A stretch of DNA of 64,000 nt from Minisyncoccota bacterium (GCA_041663025.1 JBAZRE010000001.1:71585-135584); one strand, 5' to 3'. Shown: positions 10,344 through 20,567, counted from the first letter of the stretch. Program-made: numbers and translations. The notes: a model not told the origin generated them from the letters alone.

Positions 10344-10939
10344 TGCAATGGCTTGAGATTGTCGGTAATAGTCACTGAATGTGGTCTACTGTGATAACTC
10401 CACGATACTTCTGAAACAATCTTCTCATCGGTTGTAGACATGCCTGTTACTTGAATCGTGCGAATAAAAGGCGTTATTGTATCGATCTGTTGTTGCGTAT
10501 AAATATCCATATCTGAAAGATATAGTGGCTCAGTACACACATCACCAGTACAGCCGGTGAGCTCGCCAGCCAGTGGGTCAAGTGTACATATTTTCGGTGC
10601 TTGGCATAAGGCCACTGATGCTAAAAAGTCGTCCCATGCGCCAGAAGCGTCTCCGCCGTTATACGCAGCAAGATACGCATTGTCGCGTAATAAACGCGCA
10701 TATTCTATACCTTCTTGTGCGAGGTAAGAGGCAATTAGTTGATCGCGGGCGACTCCTGCGGCGACCATTGAACTATTCGCGGCAAAAAAGGATCCGGAGA
10801 TCGCGAGGGTGAGAATGGCTATAGCGACCATAGTTTCAACAAGGGTGAAGCCGCCGTAGTGAGCAGGAGGCAGGAGGCAGGAGGCAGGATTCGAATTCCT
10901 GCTTAGTGCTTGCTGCTTACTGCTTACTGAGTTGCTCAT
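10340..10939 (-). CDS. Pseudopilin with prepilin cleavage/methylation motif GG|FTLVE; unusually long 28 aa leader derived from a dispersed repeat
   Basis: Carries the GFTLVETMVAIAIL N-methylation domain. The first ~24 codons are encoded by the GCAGGAGG palindromic repeat at 10862..10930. Confidence 0.6.
   Translation of the reverse strand: MSNSVSSKQQALSRNSNPASCLLPPAHYGGFTLVETMVAIAILTLAISGSFFAANSSMVAAGVARDQLIASYLAQEGIEYARLLRDNAYLAAYNGGDASGAWDDFLASVALCQAPKICTLDPLAGELTGCTGDVCTEPLYLSDMDIYTQQQIDTITPFIRTIQVTGMSTTDEKIVSEVSWSYHSRPHSVTITDNLKPLQ
10862..10930. repeat. Imperfect palindromic dispersed repeat, copy A (agcaggaggcaggaggcaggaggcagga-ttcgaa-ttcctgcttagtgcttgctgcttactgcttactg), inside the 5' end of a pseudopilin ORF
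   Basis: A G-rich arm and a C/T-rich arm centred on GAATTC; a related tandem 7-mer (cctgcat x3) occurs inside gatC at 7672..7712. Confidence 0.5.
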
Positions 10940-11457
10940 AGGTCAATACCGCGCATGGCGGCTCCAGTTTCAACCGTAAAAGATTGTGGATCCCCGTGAC
11001 CAGAAGAAACTGTGCCGGAAACGGTGATGACCACATATGGTTGAGAACTGTCACCAGTCGACGTACCAGAGACATAAAAAGTCAGAGAAGAAACAGTAAC
11101 CGAGGGATCGGTGAGATTAGCAGAGACGCTACCTTGTGTTTGTGTAATGGAACCTCCAGAGAGCTCATAGGATACTACATTCCCTTTTGAGTTTCTTGTT
11201 GAGAAGCTGTCTCCCCCAGAACAATCGTCCCCAGTTATTGCAGGACAGTGATATTCTGTGCCAGTACGGATCGTGCGCGTCATCGTCTCAAGTGCGAATG
11301 AGAGGCTACCAATTCCGGTTGCAGTGCCTTGGGCCTTTCGTGTGAGATCTATCATTACGATATATGCACCTGAAGCAAGGGTCATCACAAGAGCGAAGAG
11401 TCCGACTGCGATAATAAGTTCAACGAGCGTGTATCCTCTTTTTATTTTCATAGGCAT
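10936..11457 (-). CDS. Pseudopilin (KRG|YTLVELIIAV)
   Basis: Canonical type IV prepilin N-terminus. Confidence 0.65.
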   Translation of the reverse strand: MPMKIKRGYTLVELIIAVGLFALVMTLASGAYIVMIDLTRKAQGTATGIGSLSFALETMTRTIRTGTEYHCPAITGDDCSGGDSFSTRNSKGNVVSYELSGGSITQTQGSVSANLTDPSVTVSSLTFYVSGTSTGDSSQPYVVITVSGTVSSGHGDPQSFTVETGAAMRGIDL

Positions 11458-12146
11458 GATGTGGCACTTGCGGTTATTCTCCCTGATTGGTCAACTGAGA
11501 CAAAATAGGTGCCGCCTTGTGGTGAAGCAATCGTCAAACATACTTTCGTTATCAGCTTCGAGTACGAACCGTTTGTACTGGTGAACACATCAGGGTTTGG
11601 GCGTGAGAACACGATGTCGAGCGAGGACAATCCCACACTGGAACATGACCAACTAACGTTAAAAACACAGAAGTCGCTCACTGTAATGCCATTCCCGAGC
11701 GTATACTCAACCACTTTTTGATCTTGAGCTGCTTGGTAGGCGCAGTCGCCAGGCTGGGCGTCAGGTGAAGTTATGAAACTCCTTGATACATGACAATTGT
11801 TTTCATCTGTAGTTGGAGATGGATAAATATCCGCAAAAAGGGTGAGTGAGCTAGGTGTCGCGGATTCGAAATGTACACCGTATCCAGTATTCGTGGATAT
11901 GATGACGCCCTCGTTTGTGCGCACACGACTGCCGAGACCATAGGTTTGTGCATTACGCAGAGTAAGCGCAATATCGTATGCGGTATTCTCGAGAATAATC
12001 GTCTTATTAAAAGAGCTCTGACCGGTCATGACGACTACCATAACGAACGTTATAATCGCCATTACGACGACGAGTTCTATAAGCATGAACCCGGCACCAG
12101 ATCTCAGTGGCTGGATAACGTCGCGATGAAGATGAAAGGATTCCAT
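11448..12146 (-). CDS. Pseudopilin (GAG|FMLIELVVVM)
   Basis: Prepilin-type N-terminal domain with Glu5. Confidence 0.6.
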   Translation of the reverse strand: MESFHLHRDVIQPLRSGAGFMLIELVVVMAIITFVMVVVMTGQSSFNKTIILENTAYDIALTLRNAQTYGLGSRVRTNEGVIISTNTGYGVHFESATPSSLTLFADIYPSPTTDENNCHVSRSFITSPDAQPGDCAYQAAQDQKVVEYTLGNGITVSDFCVFNVSWSCSSVGLSSLDIVFSRPNPDVFTSTNGSYSKLITKVCLTIASPQGGTYFVSVDQSGRITASATSCL

Positions 12147-12871
12147 TGGGTAAAGTATGCGAGAAGGAAGCCGGCGGCCAGATACGGCGCGAACGGCACC
12201 TCAACTCCCATTCTAGAGCCACTAGGCCTCCCCGCCAATATGATGATGCCGATAACTGCACCGATCCAGAATGAAAAGATGAACCCGGAGAAAGCGGCAG
12301 ATCCGGTGAGCAACGCTAGACCGAAGGAGAGAGGTGCGTCGGCGAGACCCATTGCACGACCGCGGGAAAAAACATGAATGAGTGCGAGCGAAAGTGCAAT
12401 AAGAAATGCTATGAAGAAAGAATTGAAAAAAGAGGTGTAAGATGGTGCGATAAGAAAACGAGTTATCACACTCGTGACAACAAAGAGAATAAGAAGTACC
12501 GAAGGCAATATCTGATGTGCAATGTCATAGAGGACGAGTGCGAGGAGTAGTGAGAGAGAAAGAAGCATACCAAACAACGCACTGGTGAGACCGAGCTTTA
12601 AATATGAGAGGAGAAAGAGGCCACCAAGCAGAAGTTCAGTAAGCGGCGCATACCATGAGATCCGCGCGCCACAGCAGCGCGCCCTCCCTCCCCAGCTCAC
12701 GAAAGAAATGATGGGCATAAGAGCAAGAGATGAGAGTGGCGCATCACACGCATCACAACGAGAACGTCCGATAACAAATCCCTGGCCCGTATAGAGACGC
12801 GCAACGAGCACACCGATAAAGCTCGCGATGATCGTGCCAAGTGCAAAAAATGCAATGGAAATGGGAAGCAT
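12104..12871 (-). CDS. pilD: Prepilin peptidase (A24 family)
   Basis: Polytopic membrane protein with a CxxC...CxxC zinc-binding tetrad (CDAC...CCGA) and a conserved Asp-containing loop. Confidence 0.8.
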   Translation of the reverse strand: MLPISIAFFALGTIIASFIGVLVARLYTGQGFVIGRSRCDACDAPLSSLALMPIISFVSWGGRARCCGARISWYAPLTELLLGGLFLLSYLKLGLTSALFGMLLSLSLLLALVLYDIAHQILPSVLLILFVVTSVITRFLIAPSYTSFFNSFFIAFLIALSLALIHVFSRGRAMGLADAPLSFGLALLTGSAAFSGFIFSFWIGAVIGIIILAGRPSGSRMGVEVPFAPYLAAGFLLAYFTQWNPFIFIATLSSH

Positions 12872-12947
12872 AGAAGCATCATAGCAGAAACCCGCTCGCC
12901 TATCGGCGGACGGGTTTCTGCTAATATAATATATTATGTCCTAGGAA

Positions 12948-13451
12948 CTATTCAGTTGAGGCACATGCTCCGCATACGACACCCGCAAGATCGTTTGCAT
13001 CAACGCCACAGTGTGCACCTGTACTGTCAATGCACCAATACGCTGAATCTGTTGATACTGCCACGTCTGCAGGCCGCGATACCGCTACCGCATAAGCTGT
13101 TTCTGACGAAATGCACTTTGCTGTGCCACCACCAGAGGCAACAAGGGCAGCAGCAATAGCATTTTCTATAGTCGTGTTGTAGAAGATGCTAGTGTCAGAA
13201 GTGTCGCCAGCTACCGGACAATCGGTCGAAGCTCCTGCTCCATCGTCGAGCGCCACGCCATACGATTCACTGTTGTCGGAGAGGAAGAGCGGCGCTTGGG
13301 TCGCGACGGTGCTCAGGTTTGATTTTATGGCTGCATCATTACCCTTGCCACGTGCTGAGTTAAGCGACGCGAGCACCACAGCCGAGAGGATGCCGATGAT
13401 TGCGATCACGACGAGCAATTCGATGAGAGTAAAACCGCGGTTATTCTTCAT
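12948..13451 (-). CDS. pilA: Type IV major pilin paralog 1
   Basis: N-terminus MKNNRGFTLIELLVVIAIIGILSAVVLASLN is the canonical PilA sequence. The C-terminus is Cys-containing and variable. Confidence 0.8.
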   Translation of the reverse strand: MKNNRGFTLIELLVVIAIIGILSAVVLASLNSARGKGNDAAIKSNLSTVATQAPLFLSDNSESYGVALDDGAGASTDCPVAGDTSDTSIFYNTTIENAIAAALVASGGGTAKCISSETAYAVAVSRPADVAVSTDSAYWCIDSTGAHCGVDANDLAGVVCGACASTE

Positions 13452-13474
13452 GCATTTAGGTTAATAAATAGTGA

Positions 13475-13942
13475 TTATGGACAAGTGAATGGAGCGGTAG
13501 GAAATGCGGTTGTACCTGTCAATACTGATTTAGCTACTCCACTCGAATCAACACACCACCATGACGCAGGTGTTCCGGTGAGCTTTACGGCGATGGCATA
13601 AGTCTGACCGGCAGCAACACATGCAAGATTACCTGCCGTTGAACCGCTCGCCGAATAAGCGGCTGTCAACGCGGCTTTAACGTTTGGATCAGCGAACATA
13701 GCAGAAGCGGTGCATCCAGCGAGTGTGTTGACAAAGCCTACCGTACCATAGACATTTGGACTCTGGGTGCCGTAGTATATCTCTGCTTGAGTCTGGACGG
13801 TATTGAGATCCGACATGATGGCCGCATTAGAACCCTTGCCGCGAGCTGTGTTAAGAGACGCGAGCACAACCGCCGAGAGGATGCCGATGATGGCAATCAC
13901 GACGAGGAGCTCGATGAGTGTGAAGCCGCGGTTATTCTTCAT
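13475..13942 (-). CDS. pilA: Type IV major pilin paralog 2
   Basis: First 30 aa identical to paralog 1; C-terminal domain diverged. Confidence 0.8.
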   Translation of the reverse strand: MKNNRGFTLIELLVVIAIIGILSAVVLASLNTARGKGSNAAIMSDLNTVQTQAEIYYGTQSPNVYGTVGFVNTLAGCTASAMFADPNVKAALTAAYSASGSTAGNLACVAAGQTYAIAVKLTGTPASWWCVDSSGVAKSVLTGTTAFPTAPFTCP

Positions 13943-13971
13943 AATTCCTAATTAATAAAGAATGAGACTCC

Positions 13972-14466
13972 CTACGATGCTGGGCAGGCGGTAGCTGTGC
14001 CGAGAGCTGTTGACCGCGAACCTGCAAAGCCTGTTGAGTCAACACACCAATATGATGCGGTACCAGTCAACGTTGAAGGAAGCTGAGAGGCGACAGCGTA
14101 GGCGACTCCTGCTGCAGCAACATTGCAAACAACTAGAGCAGAACCGTTAGCATTTTCTGCGCCAACGAGAGCATTTACAATTGATCCTGGGTCTACGAAT
14201 AGAGTAGTAGCAACTCCTGCGCCATTACAACCAGAGACTCCACCGGATGCCAAAGCCACATTGGCGCCATACTTATTTCCGTTATCTCCGTAGTAAATTT
14301 CTGCCTGTGTCTGAATGGTGCTCAAGTCTGATTGTACTGCAGCATCATTTCCTTTACTGCGAGCGGTGTTAAGCGATGCAAGCACGACTGCTGACAAGAT
14401 ACCGATGATTGCGATCACGACGAGTAATTCGATGAGGGTGAAACCTCGGGAACGATTTTTGTACAT
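13972..14466 (-). CDS. pilA: Type IV major pilin paralog 3
   Basis: Same conserved N-terminus (RGFTLIELLVVIAIIGILSAVVLASLN). Confidence 0.8.
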   Translation of the reverse strand: MYKNRSRGFTLIELLVVIAIIGILSAVVLASLNTARSKGNDAAVQSDLSTIQTQAEIYYGDNGNKYGANVALASGGVSGCNGAGVATTLFVDPGSIVNALVGAENANGSALVVCNVAAAGVAYAVASQLPSTLTGTASYWCVDSTGFAGSRSTALGTATACPAS

Positions 14467-14556
14467 AATATATTATATTTGGCTAATAACTGGATTATAC
14501 GCTATGCAAGTCATCAAATAAACACAGGTGTGGACAACCCAGACGCTTCGGTGTCT

Positions 14557-15762
14557 CTACATTGCACCGGTAAGGTTATAGATTGGGAGAAGTACGGCGG
14601 CAATAAGTGTCCCAACACCAAGGCCGAGAAGCACGACCATAATTGGCTCGATAAGGCCAACCAGCGTGTCAACGGCATTGGTAACCTCACGGTTATAAAA
14701 CTTGGCGAGTGTTAGGAGAATCTTCCCGAGCTCACCGGTCTCCTCACCAACTTTCGTCATCGCAATCATAATGCCCGGTATTTCAGGATGTTTGCCAAGA
14801 GCATCTGATATTGATGAACCACCCTTTACGTCTGTTCCGACATCAGTCATCGTCGCCGCGTAGATAGAGTTCCCCACGACCGAACCAGTAATCTCAATAG
14901 CCTCAACAACCGAGACGCCAGAAAGGAGCATGGTGGAGAAGTTGTCCGCGATGCGTGAAAGATAGAGTTTCTTATATAAGTCGCCTACATACGGTACCGA
15001 AAGCTTCAAACCATCAAGCACCATCTTGCCGTGCTCAGTCTTCTTGAGCTGCCACCCATAGAAGCCGAGCGCGACAAGCGCGATAAGTAAGAAGGCACCA
15101 TATTGCACAAGGAAGTTCGAAAAACCAATAACAATGGCTGTGTAGAGCGGTATGGGCTGGCCTGAATCAATCAAGACAGCACTAATCTTCGGGATAACGA
15201 GCGTGAGCATAAGCGCCATCACGGCGAAGAAGACCACGATGACAAAAATAGGATAGATAAGTGCATTCTCGGCTTTGCTCACGATGTCATAGGTGCGATC
15301 GAGGTAATCGGCGAGATATAAGAAGGTCTCTGACAATTTACCGGACTCTTCGCCCGCACGAACCATATTCACATAAAAAGATGAGAAGACCGCGGGATGC
15401 TGTGCAAGAGCCTTGCTGATAGGACTCCCGCCTTGGATATCATCCGCGACAGCAGAGAGAACGGTTGCGAGGCGCTTGCTGCCAACTTCAGCGGCTAGCA
15501 AACGGAATATGCGGAGTGAGGGTACTTGCGCTTCAAAGAGGGTCGCTATCTGACGCGAAAGGATGACAATGTCTTTGTTTGAGATCCTATCGAAGAGAGA
15601 AATATCAAGATCAAACAATGAACGCTTCTCGGCCGGTCCAATGATCGAAATAATGAGATTGCGTCGCTGAAGCGCAGAGACGGCAACCTCTTGAGAAGAA
15701 GCCTCAATAGTCCCGTCGCGCTCGTGCCCATCTTGATCAATCGCGTGGTAGGTGAATAACAT
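14557..15762 (-). CDS. pilC: Type IV pilus platform protein (GspF/PilC family)
   Basis: 401 aa with two T2SSF repeats and three TM segments. Confidence 0.9.
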   Translation of the reverse strand: MLFTYHAIDQDGHERDGTIEASSQEVAVSALQRRNLIISIIGPAEKRSLFDLDISLFDRISNKDIVILSRQIATLFEAQVPSLRIFRLLAAEVGSKRLATVLSAVADDIQGGSPISKALAQHPAVFSSFYVNMVRAGEESGKLSETFLYLADYLDRTYDIVSKAENALIYPIFVIVVFFAVMALMLTLVIPKISAVLIDSGQPIPLYTAIVIGFSNFLVQYGAFLLIALVALGFYGWQLKKTEHGKMVLDGLKLSVPYVGDLYKKLYLSRIADNFSTMLLSGVSVVEAIEITGSVVGNSIYAATMTDVGTDVKGGSSISDALGKHPEIPGIMIAMTKVGEETGELGKILLTLAKFYNREVTNAVDTLVGLIEPIMVVLLGLGVGTLIAAVLLPIYNLTGAM

Positions 15763-15771
15763 ATTTAAATA

Positions 15772-16833
15772 TCATAAATAGTGTTCAAACGTTTTTGGAT
15801 CCATCGTGTGTTCATAGGCGTGTTCAATGGTGACCTCGCCTCGGTGCACAAGCTCGGCGAGTGAACGATCTAGGTCAATCATACCCTCCTGAGAAGAGGT
15901 CTGGACCACTGCACTAATCTCGTGCGTCAACCCGTCACGAATTAGTGTGCTTATAGCGTTGTTGTTAATCAGGAGTTCGTAGGCCGGAATAAGACCTCCG
16001 GAGACACGCGGAATGAGCCGCTGGGAAAAGATACCCGCGAGAGACCCAGCCAATTGCACGCGCACTTGGGCTTGTTGTTCTGGAGGGAACATGTCGATGA
16101 TACGGTCGATGGTCTGCGCGGCGTTGTTTGTGTGAAGAGTTGAAAAGACCAAGTGGCCAGTCTCAGCGGCAGTGACCGCAGCTGAAATTGTCTCGTGGTC
16201 GCGCATTTCACCAACCATAATAACGTCCATATCCTCGCGAAAGGAGTTTTGTAATGCGGCATGAAAATCAGGCGTATCAATATGAACTTCGCGTTGATGG
16301 ATAAGCGACTTGTTCGGTGTGAACACATACTCAATAGGGTCTTCGATAGTGAGAATATGCTCGGCTCGTGAATCATTGATACGATTAAGCATAGCGGCAA
16401 GCGTAGTTGACTTGCCGTGCCCCACTGGCCCGACTACGATGAAAAATCCCTGTTTGCGCTGTGTGAAAACTTCGAGTATCGATGGCAAGTTTAATTCTGC
16501 AAATGTTTGAGCGATATGCGGTATAAGCCGGAGGGCGATAGCGGTTACTCCTTGTGCACAGTATCCATTGACGCGGAAACGCGCGTCCTTCTTGTGTTCA
16601 TACGAGAGGTCAATGGATTGGCTTTCTTTGAATATATTCCAACGGTGTTCTGGCACAATACTCTTGAGCATTGTTTCAGCTTCTTCGCCAGTGATAGCTG
16701 GATACTTCGTGAGTGGAACGAGTGTGCCAGCAACACGAATCATCGGCGGTCCTCCGGCATACACATGGAGATCCGAGCCGCCTTCTGCGACGACGCGGTC
16801 AAGAAGCTCTCCGAGACGGGCATTAGCAGTCAT
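15772..16833 (-). CDS. pilT: Twitching-motility retraction ATPase
   Basis: 353 aa with Walker A GPVGHGKSTT, Asp box and His box, typical of PilT. Confidence 0.88.
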   Translation of the reverse strand: MTANARLGELLDRVVAEGGSDLHVYAGGPPMIRVAGTLVPLTKYPAITGEEAETMLKSIVPEHRWNIFKESQSIDLSYEHKKDARFRVNGYCAQGVTAIALRLIPHIAQTFAELNLPSILEVFTQRKQGFFIVVGPVGHGKSTTLAAMLNRINDSRAEHILTIEDPIEYVFTPNKSLIHQREVHIDTPDFHAALQNSFREDMDVIMVGEMRDHETISAAVTAAETGHLVFSTLHTNNAAQTIDRIIDMFPPEQQAQVRVQLAGSLAGIFSQRLIPRVSGGLIPAYELLINNNAISTLIRDGLTHEISAVVQTSSQEGMIDLDRSLAELVHRGEVTIEHAYEHTMDPKTFEHYL

Positions 16834-17216
16834 GGTTTCCCTTCTATTATGCGCAGAGTCTCTGCAAGGACCTCAGAAGGAACCGCAGACGCTTTTATGA
16901 TATAGCCGGCGACCGCGAGCTGCTTCGCCTTCTCAATATCGGAGCTCTGACCCTGATTCGATAGAATGATGATCTTTGAGTCTTTTGCCAATTTTTCCTT
17001 GCGTATCGTCTCAAGCGCTTCAAAACCACTCACGCCAGGCATAATGATGTCGAGTAGGATGGCATCTGGCGCACTGGTATCTTTATTCCTAAGTGCAGAC
17101 AGGAGGTCCTCTCCACCACCGAACACACTCACCTCATGACCGGCGTTTTTAAACTTAACTGCATACAAATCAAGAAGGAACTTGTCGTCATCGACTAGAT
17201 AAATGTGATAGGCCAT
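16830..17216 (-). CDS. Single-domain response regulator (CheY-like REC only)
   Basis: Begins MAYHIYLVDDD, with phospho-acceptor Asp in LLDIIMPG and Lys in IILSNQG. It sits between pilB and pilT, and its stop overlaps the pilT start. Confidence 0.75.
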   Translation of the reverse strand: MAYHIYLVDDDKFLLDLYAVKFKNAGHEVSVFGGGEDLLSALRNKDTSAPDAILLDIIMPGVSGFEALETIRKEKLAKDSKIIILSNQGQSSDIEKAKQLAVAGYIIKASAVPSEVLAETLRIIEGKP

Positions 17217-17242
17217 TGGTAGATAGTATACACGCTTCAGCG

Positions 17243-19030
17243 TCAACTTATTTCCTCCTCGGGGAAAAGTTCCCCGCCGAGCGTATTTACCTCTTCAAAA
17301 GGTATCTCACCCGCAAGGGCCTTTATAATGGCATCTTCGCGCATGGTGAACATGCCCCCAGCGCGCGCGGCGGCATAGACATTCTCCTCAACCGGATTCT
17401 TCAATACTACTTGTTCAATATCCTTATTCATACGAAGTATTTCAAAGACAGCGGTACGACCGCGCGTGCCATTCGGGCTCTCAGCTGTTGCAGCGGCATG
17501 ATAGAAGTCCTTAAATGGAGGTAGGTTCCCTCTGTACTCTTTTGGCAAGTCCGCAAATTCACGCTCAAGGAGTATCTTGAGACTATCCGTAACTGGGAAA
17601 GGTTTCCCTCCACCTTCAGAAAACTTTCGGACGAGACGTTGTCCGATGACCGCAACGAGTGTTGGGGCAATAAGGAACGGGTCGACACCCATGTCGACTA
17701 GACGAGGAATCGCACCAGAAGCAGTATTGGTGTGAATAGTTGAGAATACGAGGTGACCGGTCAATGCCGCCTGAACAGCGAGTACCGCCGTCTCCTTATC
17801 ACGAATTTCTCCAACCATGATGATGTCAGGATCTTGGCGCAATACAGAGCGAAGTCCGCTCGCAAAAGTGTAACCAATCTCTGGTCGCACCTGACTCTGC
17901 GATACATTCGGGATCTCATATTCGACAGGATCTTCGAGCGACACGACGTTTGCCTTCTCGCGATCAAGCTCAGAAAGCATAGCGAAAAGTGTCGTCGACT
18001 TACCAGAACCAGTAGGGCCGGCTATGAGAATGATGCCATAGGGGGCCTTCACCATATCTCGCACGGCAATGAGATGAGTACTGGTGAATCCGACCGACTC
18101 AAGTGTTGCGGTCTTGGCTGATTGATCAAGAATACGCATCACCACCTTCTCACCATATTCAGTCGGGAACGTTGACACACGGAAGTCGATGCGGCGATTC
18201 TCTACAGTCGCCGAAAAACGTCCGTCCTGTGGTTTCCGCTTTTCATCGAGACGCAGTTTCGCGAGAATCTTGATGCGGGCAACAACCGCTTCGTGCACTT
18301 TTACCGGTAGTTCCAAAGAAGTGTGGAGGTCGCCGTCCATACGGAAACGAATGCGCGTTTTGGTTGGCGATGGCTCAACGTGAATATCTGACGAGTGCCC
18401 TTCAATGGCATACCGCAACATCGTTGAAACGATCTTTGTCACCGGAGCATCTTCCTTCAAGGTCTCATGGGGACCAGTTAGAACGAGTGATTCTTCGCTC
18501 CAGGCGGCTTCTTGTTGTGGAGTTGGCTCGCCACCCTTCTGTGCAGAGGCATCTCCAGGCGGCTTCGAGGTCGTTTCGTATTCAAAGAGCGCTTTGCCGA
18601 TTTCGCCAGAGAGATTTTCATACGCATTGAGTACTCGATCGAAATCTTCTTTTGTGATGAGAGAAATTTTATAGGGAATGCCTATTTTCCCAGAGATGAA
18701 CTGCAGTGCGTCGAGGGCTTCAATGTTGTCGGGATCGGTAATACCAACCTCGAGCGCGCCATCCACCTTCGCGAGCGGTACAAACCCATAATGTCGAGCT
18801 GAATCGATGGGCACATAGCTGAAAACAGAATCGTCAGCTGGCGGATCACCAAGAAGTCGCGTTGGGAGTCCATATTCCTTCCCCGCTTCGGCAAGTGCGC
18901 TCTCAAGTTTTACTCCGTGTTCAGAGAGCACTTCAGCAAGTGGACGCCCTTTCGCGAGATCCGATTCTACGATTGCTCGGTCGCTTGCAGAAAGGATTCC
19001 TTTATCAACAAATAATCCTAAAAGATTCAT
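17243..19030 (-). CDS. pilB: Type IV pilus assembly ATPase (GspE/PilB family)
   Basis: 595 aa with a T2SSE_N domain and Walker A LIAGPTGSGKSTTL. Confidence 0.9.
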   Translation of the reverse strand: MNLLGLFVDKGILSASDRAIVESDLAKGRPLAEVLSEHGVKLESALAEAGKEYGLPTRLLGDPPADDSVFSYVPIDSARHYGFVPLAKVDGALEVGITDPDNIEALDALQFISGKIGIPYKISLITKEDFDRVLNAYENLSGEIGKALFEYETTSKPPGDASAQKGGEPTPQQEAAWSEESLVLTGPHETLKEDAPVTKIVSTMLRYAIEGHSSDIHVEPSPTKTRIRFRMDGDLHTSLELPVKVHEAVVARIKILAKLRLDEKRKPQDGRFSATVENRRIDFRVSTFPTEYGEKVVMRILDQSAKTATLESVGFTSTHLIAVRDMVKAPYGIILIAGPTGSGKSTTLFAMLSELDREKANVVSLEDPVEYEIPNVSQSQVRPEIGYTFASGLRSVLRQDPDIIMVGEIRDKETAVLAVQAALTGHLVFSTIHTNTASGAIPRLVDMGVDPFLIAPTLVAVIGQRLVRKFSEGGGKPFPVTDSLKILLEREFADLPKEYRGNLPPFKDFYHAAATAESPNGTRGRTAVFEILRMNKDIEQVVLKNPVEENVYAAARAGGMFTMREDAIIKALAGEIPFEEVNTLGGELFPEEEIS

Positions 19031-19033
19031 TAC

Positions 19034-19333
19034 TTAAATTTCGCTTATTCCAGAAATAGGAGCGAATGGATCAAGGCGACCTGATGCTTCAGGGGCAATC
19101 GAGATAGTGAAATCGATCAGTGCATTGAAACGAGAGTCTGAAAAGATGCCGGTATCAAATGATATTGACTTCAATTCTCCAACTAGAGTCTGAAATTTAG
19201 TTTGTGCCTGATTTGATGACCCGCTCACAATCAAAGATGGCTGCTCTGTCCCGGTGAAGAAATACCAGTAACTAAATGCTGCAGCGATCAGTATGGCTAT
19301 TAAGAATGGGGTGACACTGGTTTTAGGTTTCAT
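19034..19333 (-). CDS. Small bitopic protein, possible PilP-like component (RLDPF motif)
   Basis: A single N-terminal TM helix followed by a periplasmic beta-rich region; located between pilO and pilB. Confidence 0.35.
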   Translation of the reverse strand: MKPKTSVTPFLIAILIAAAFSYWYFFTGTEQPSLIVSGSSNQAQTKFQTLVGELKSISFDTGIFSDSRFNALIDFTISIAPEASGRLDPFAPISGISEI

Positions 19334-19350
19334 AGTGGTACAGAGGCTTT

Positions 19351-19905
19351 TTAACGCAGCCAGTAAAGACGAAGATTTACGTTGTAGGTATACACACCTG
19401 TGCTGGAGCCCTTTACAACGATATCTTGTACATCAAGTAAGCGCTCACTCGACTCAACTTCTTTAAGAAAACTCTGCAGTGCTGTGTAGGTTCCAACAGC
19501 CGAGAGAGACATGTCAGCCGAACCTATCGGGTTCGTCACCGATGCTGGTAGGATTCCTGTAGAATCCTCAAGACTTTCTGAATTCGCTGTAACATCAACG
19601 TTAGAGAGCGAGATCCCTGTGCGTGCGGCAAGCGCGTTCAGGTTGAGAATAAGACCAACGTTATCAACGGAATCAGGCAAGAATACACTAAGCCGTTTGA
19701 TATCATTTGTGTTGATCGCGTTGCGCGCAGAAGAGAGTTGGTCTTGTTGCGCCCTATATTGACCCGCGGCAACGAGTGCCTGATCATCGGCAATGATGTT
19801 TGCTTTTGTTGTTGCTATTGAACCAGTCCATGCCGGATTGATATAACCAAAGAATATGCCTATGGCGGCAAGGAAGGCTATGGTGGGAAGAATTTTGTTA
19901 CTCAT
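19351..19905 (-). CDS. pilO: PilO-like pilus assembly protein
   Basis: N-terminal TM helix, then a coiled coil and an alpha/beta domain. Operon context is pilM-N-O. Confidence 0.55.
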   Translation of the reverse strand: MSNKILPTIAFLAAIGIFFGYINPAWTGSIATTKANIIADDQALVAAGQYRAQQDQLSSARNAINTNDIKRLSVFLPDSVDNVGLILNLNALAARTGISLSNVDVTANSESLEDSTGILPASVTNPIGSADMSLSAVGTYTALQSFLKEVESSERLLDVQDIVVKGSSTGVYTYNVNLRLYWLR

Positions 19906-20567
19906 GGTGTCGAAGTGGCAGTAGAAGTTGCCACCGGTGTAGTTATGCGCGGGGCTGCCACGCGTGACTTAGGAGAGAAGGCGATAAGCTCACGGTCAAG
20001 ATAGGCTGAGAGAGCGAAGGATACCGAATTGTTCTTTGGATTCACGACAATATCTGAGAAGATAGCGTCTTTGATGCGTCCATCTTTGGCAAATGCGGTT
20101 GAGGCAGCAGCTAGTGCATTGAAGTTCTTCGCGGTGCCAGAGCCTTCGAGCTTCACAGTGCCTGTGCTATCGACTGAGAGATGGAGCGACAAGAAACGAG
20201 TGTTAGAGGGTATGAGCGTTTCGAGGAGCGTGAAGAACCCAGAGAATGCCGTATGGTTCGTGAGGAGTTCTTGACCTGAAGTAAGACGGTTGCGAAGACG
20301 TACAAAATTCTCAGCCGCCTCAGAATCAATCGTCTTCTCTGCTTGAGCGAGTTCTGCATCCTTTGCAGACTGATTTGAAGCAAGTATACGACCATATGCA
20401 AAGATGCCGATCGCGAGCAAGAAAACAACACCCAAGGTGATGTACGCGAAAAAATTAAAAATGCTAGTCAAGTCAACGCGGAGACCATGCGTTGCTGTGG
20501 TCGAGTGAGGAACAAAGGACGTTGGTATGTTCGAGGGAAGGGCCATTTCTCTTTCAGTATACGACAC
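19902..20567 (-). CDS. pilN: PilN-like pilus assembly protein
   Basis: Short cytoplasmic N-terminus, a TM helix and a periplasmic domain; immediately downstream of pilM. Confidence 0.55.
   Translation of the reverse strand: MSYTEREMALPSNIPTSFVPHSTTATHGLRVDLTSIFNFFAYITLGVVFLLAIGIFAYGRILASNQSAKDAELAQAEKTIDSEAAENFVRLRNRLTSGQELLTNHTAFSGFFTLLETLIPSNTRFLSLHLSVDSTGTVKLEGSGTAKNFNALAAASTAFAKDGRIKDAIFSDIVVNPKNNSVSFALSAYLDRELIAFSPKSRVAAPRITTPVATSTATSTP

Noticed and set aside
10340-10939. The pseudopilin gene possibly starting downstream of the repeat, giving a short leader
   Set aside because: No ATG, GTG or TTG lies in frame between the repeat and the GG|FTLVE cleavage site, so the long repeat-encoded leader was kept but flagged.
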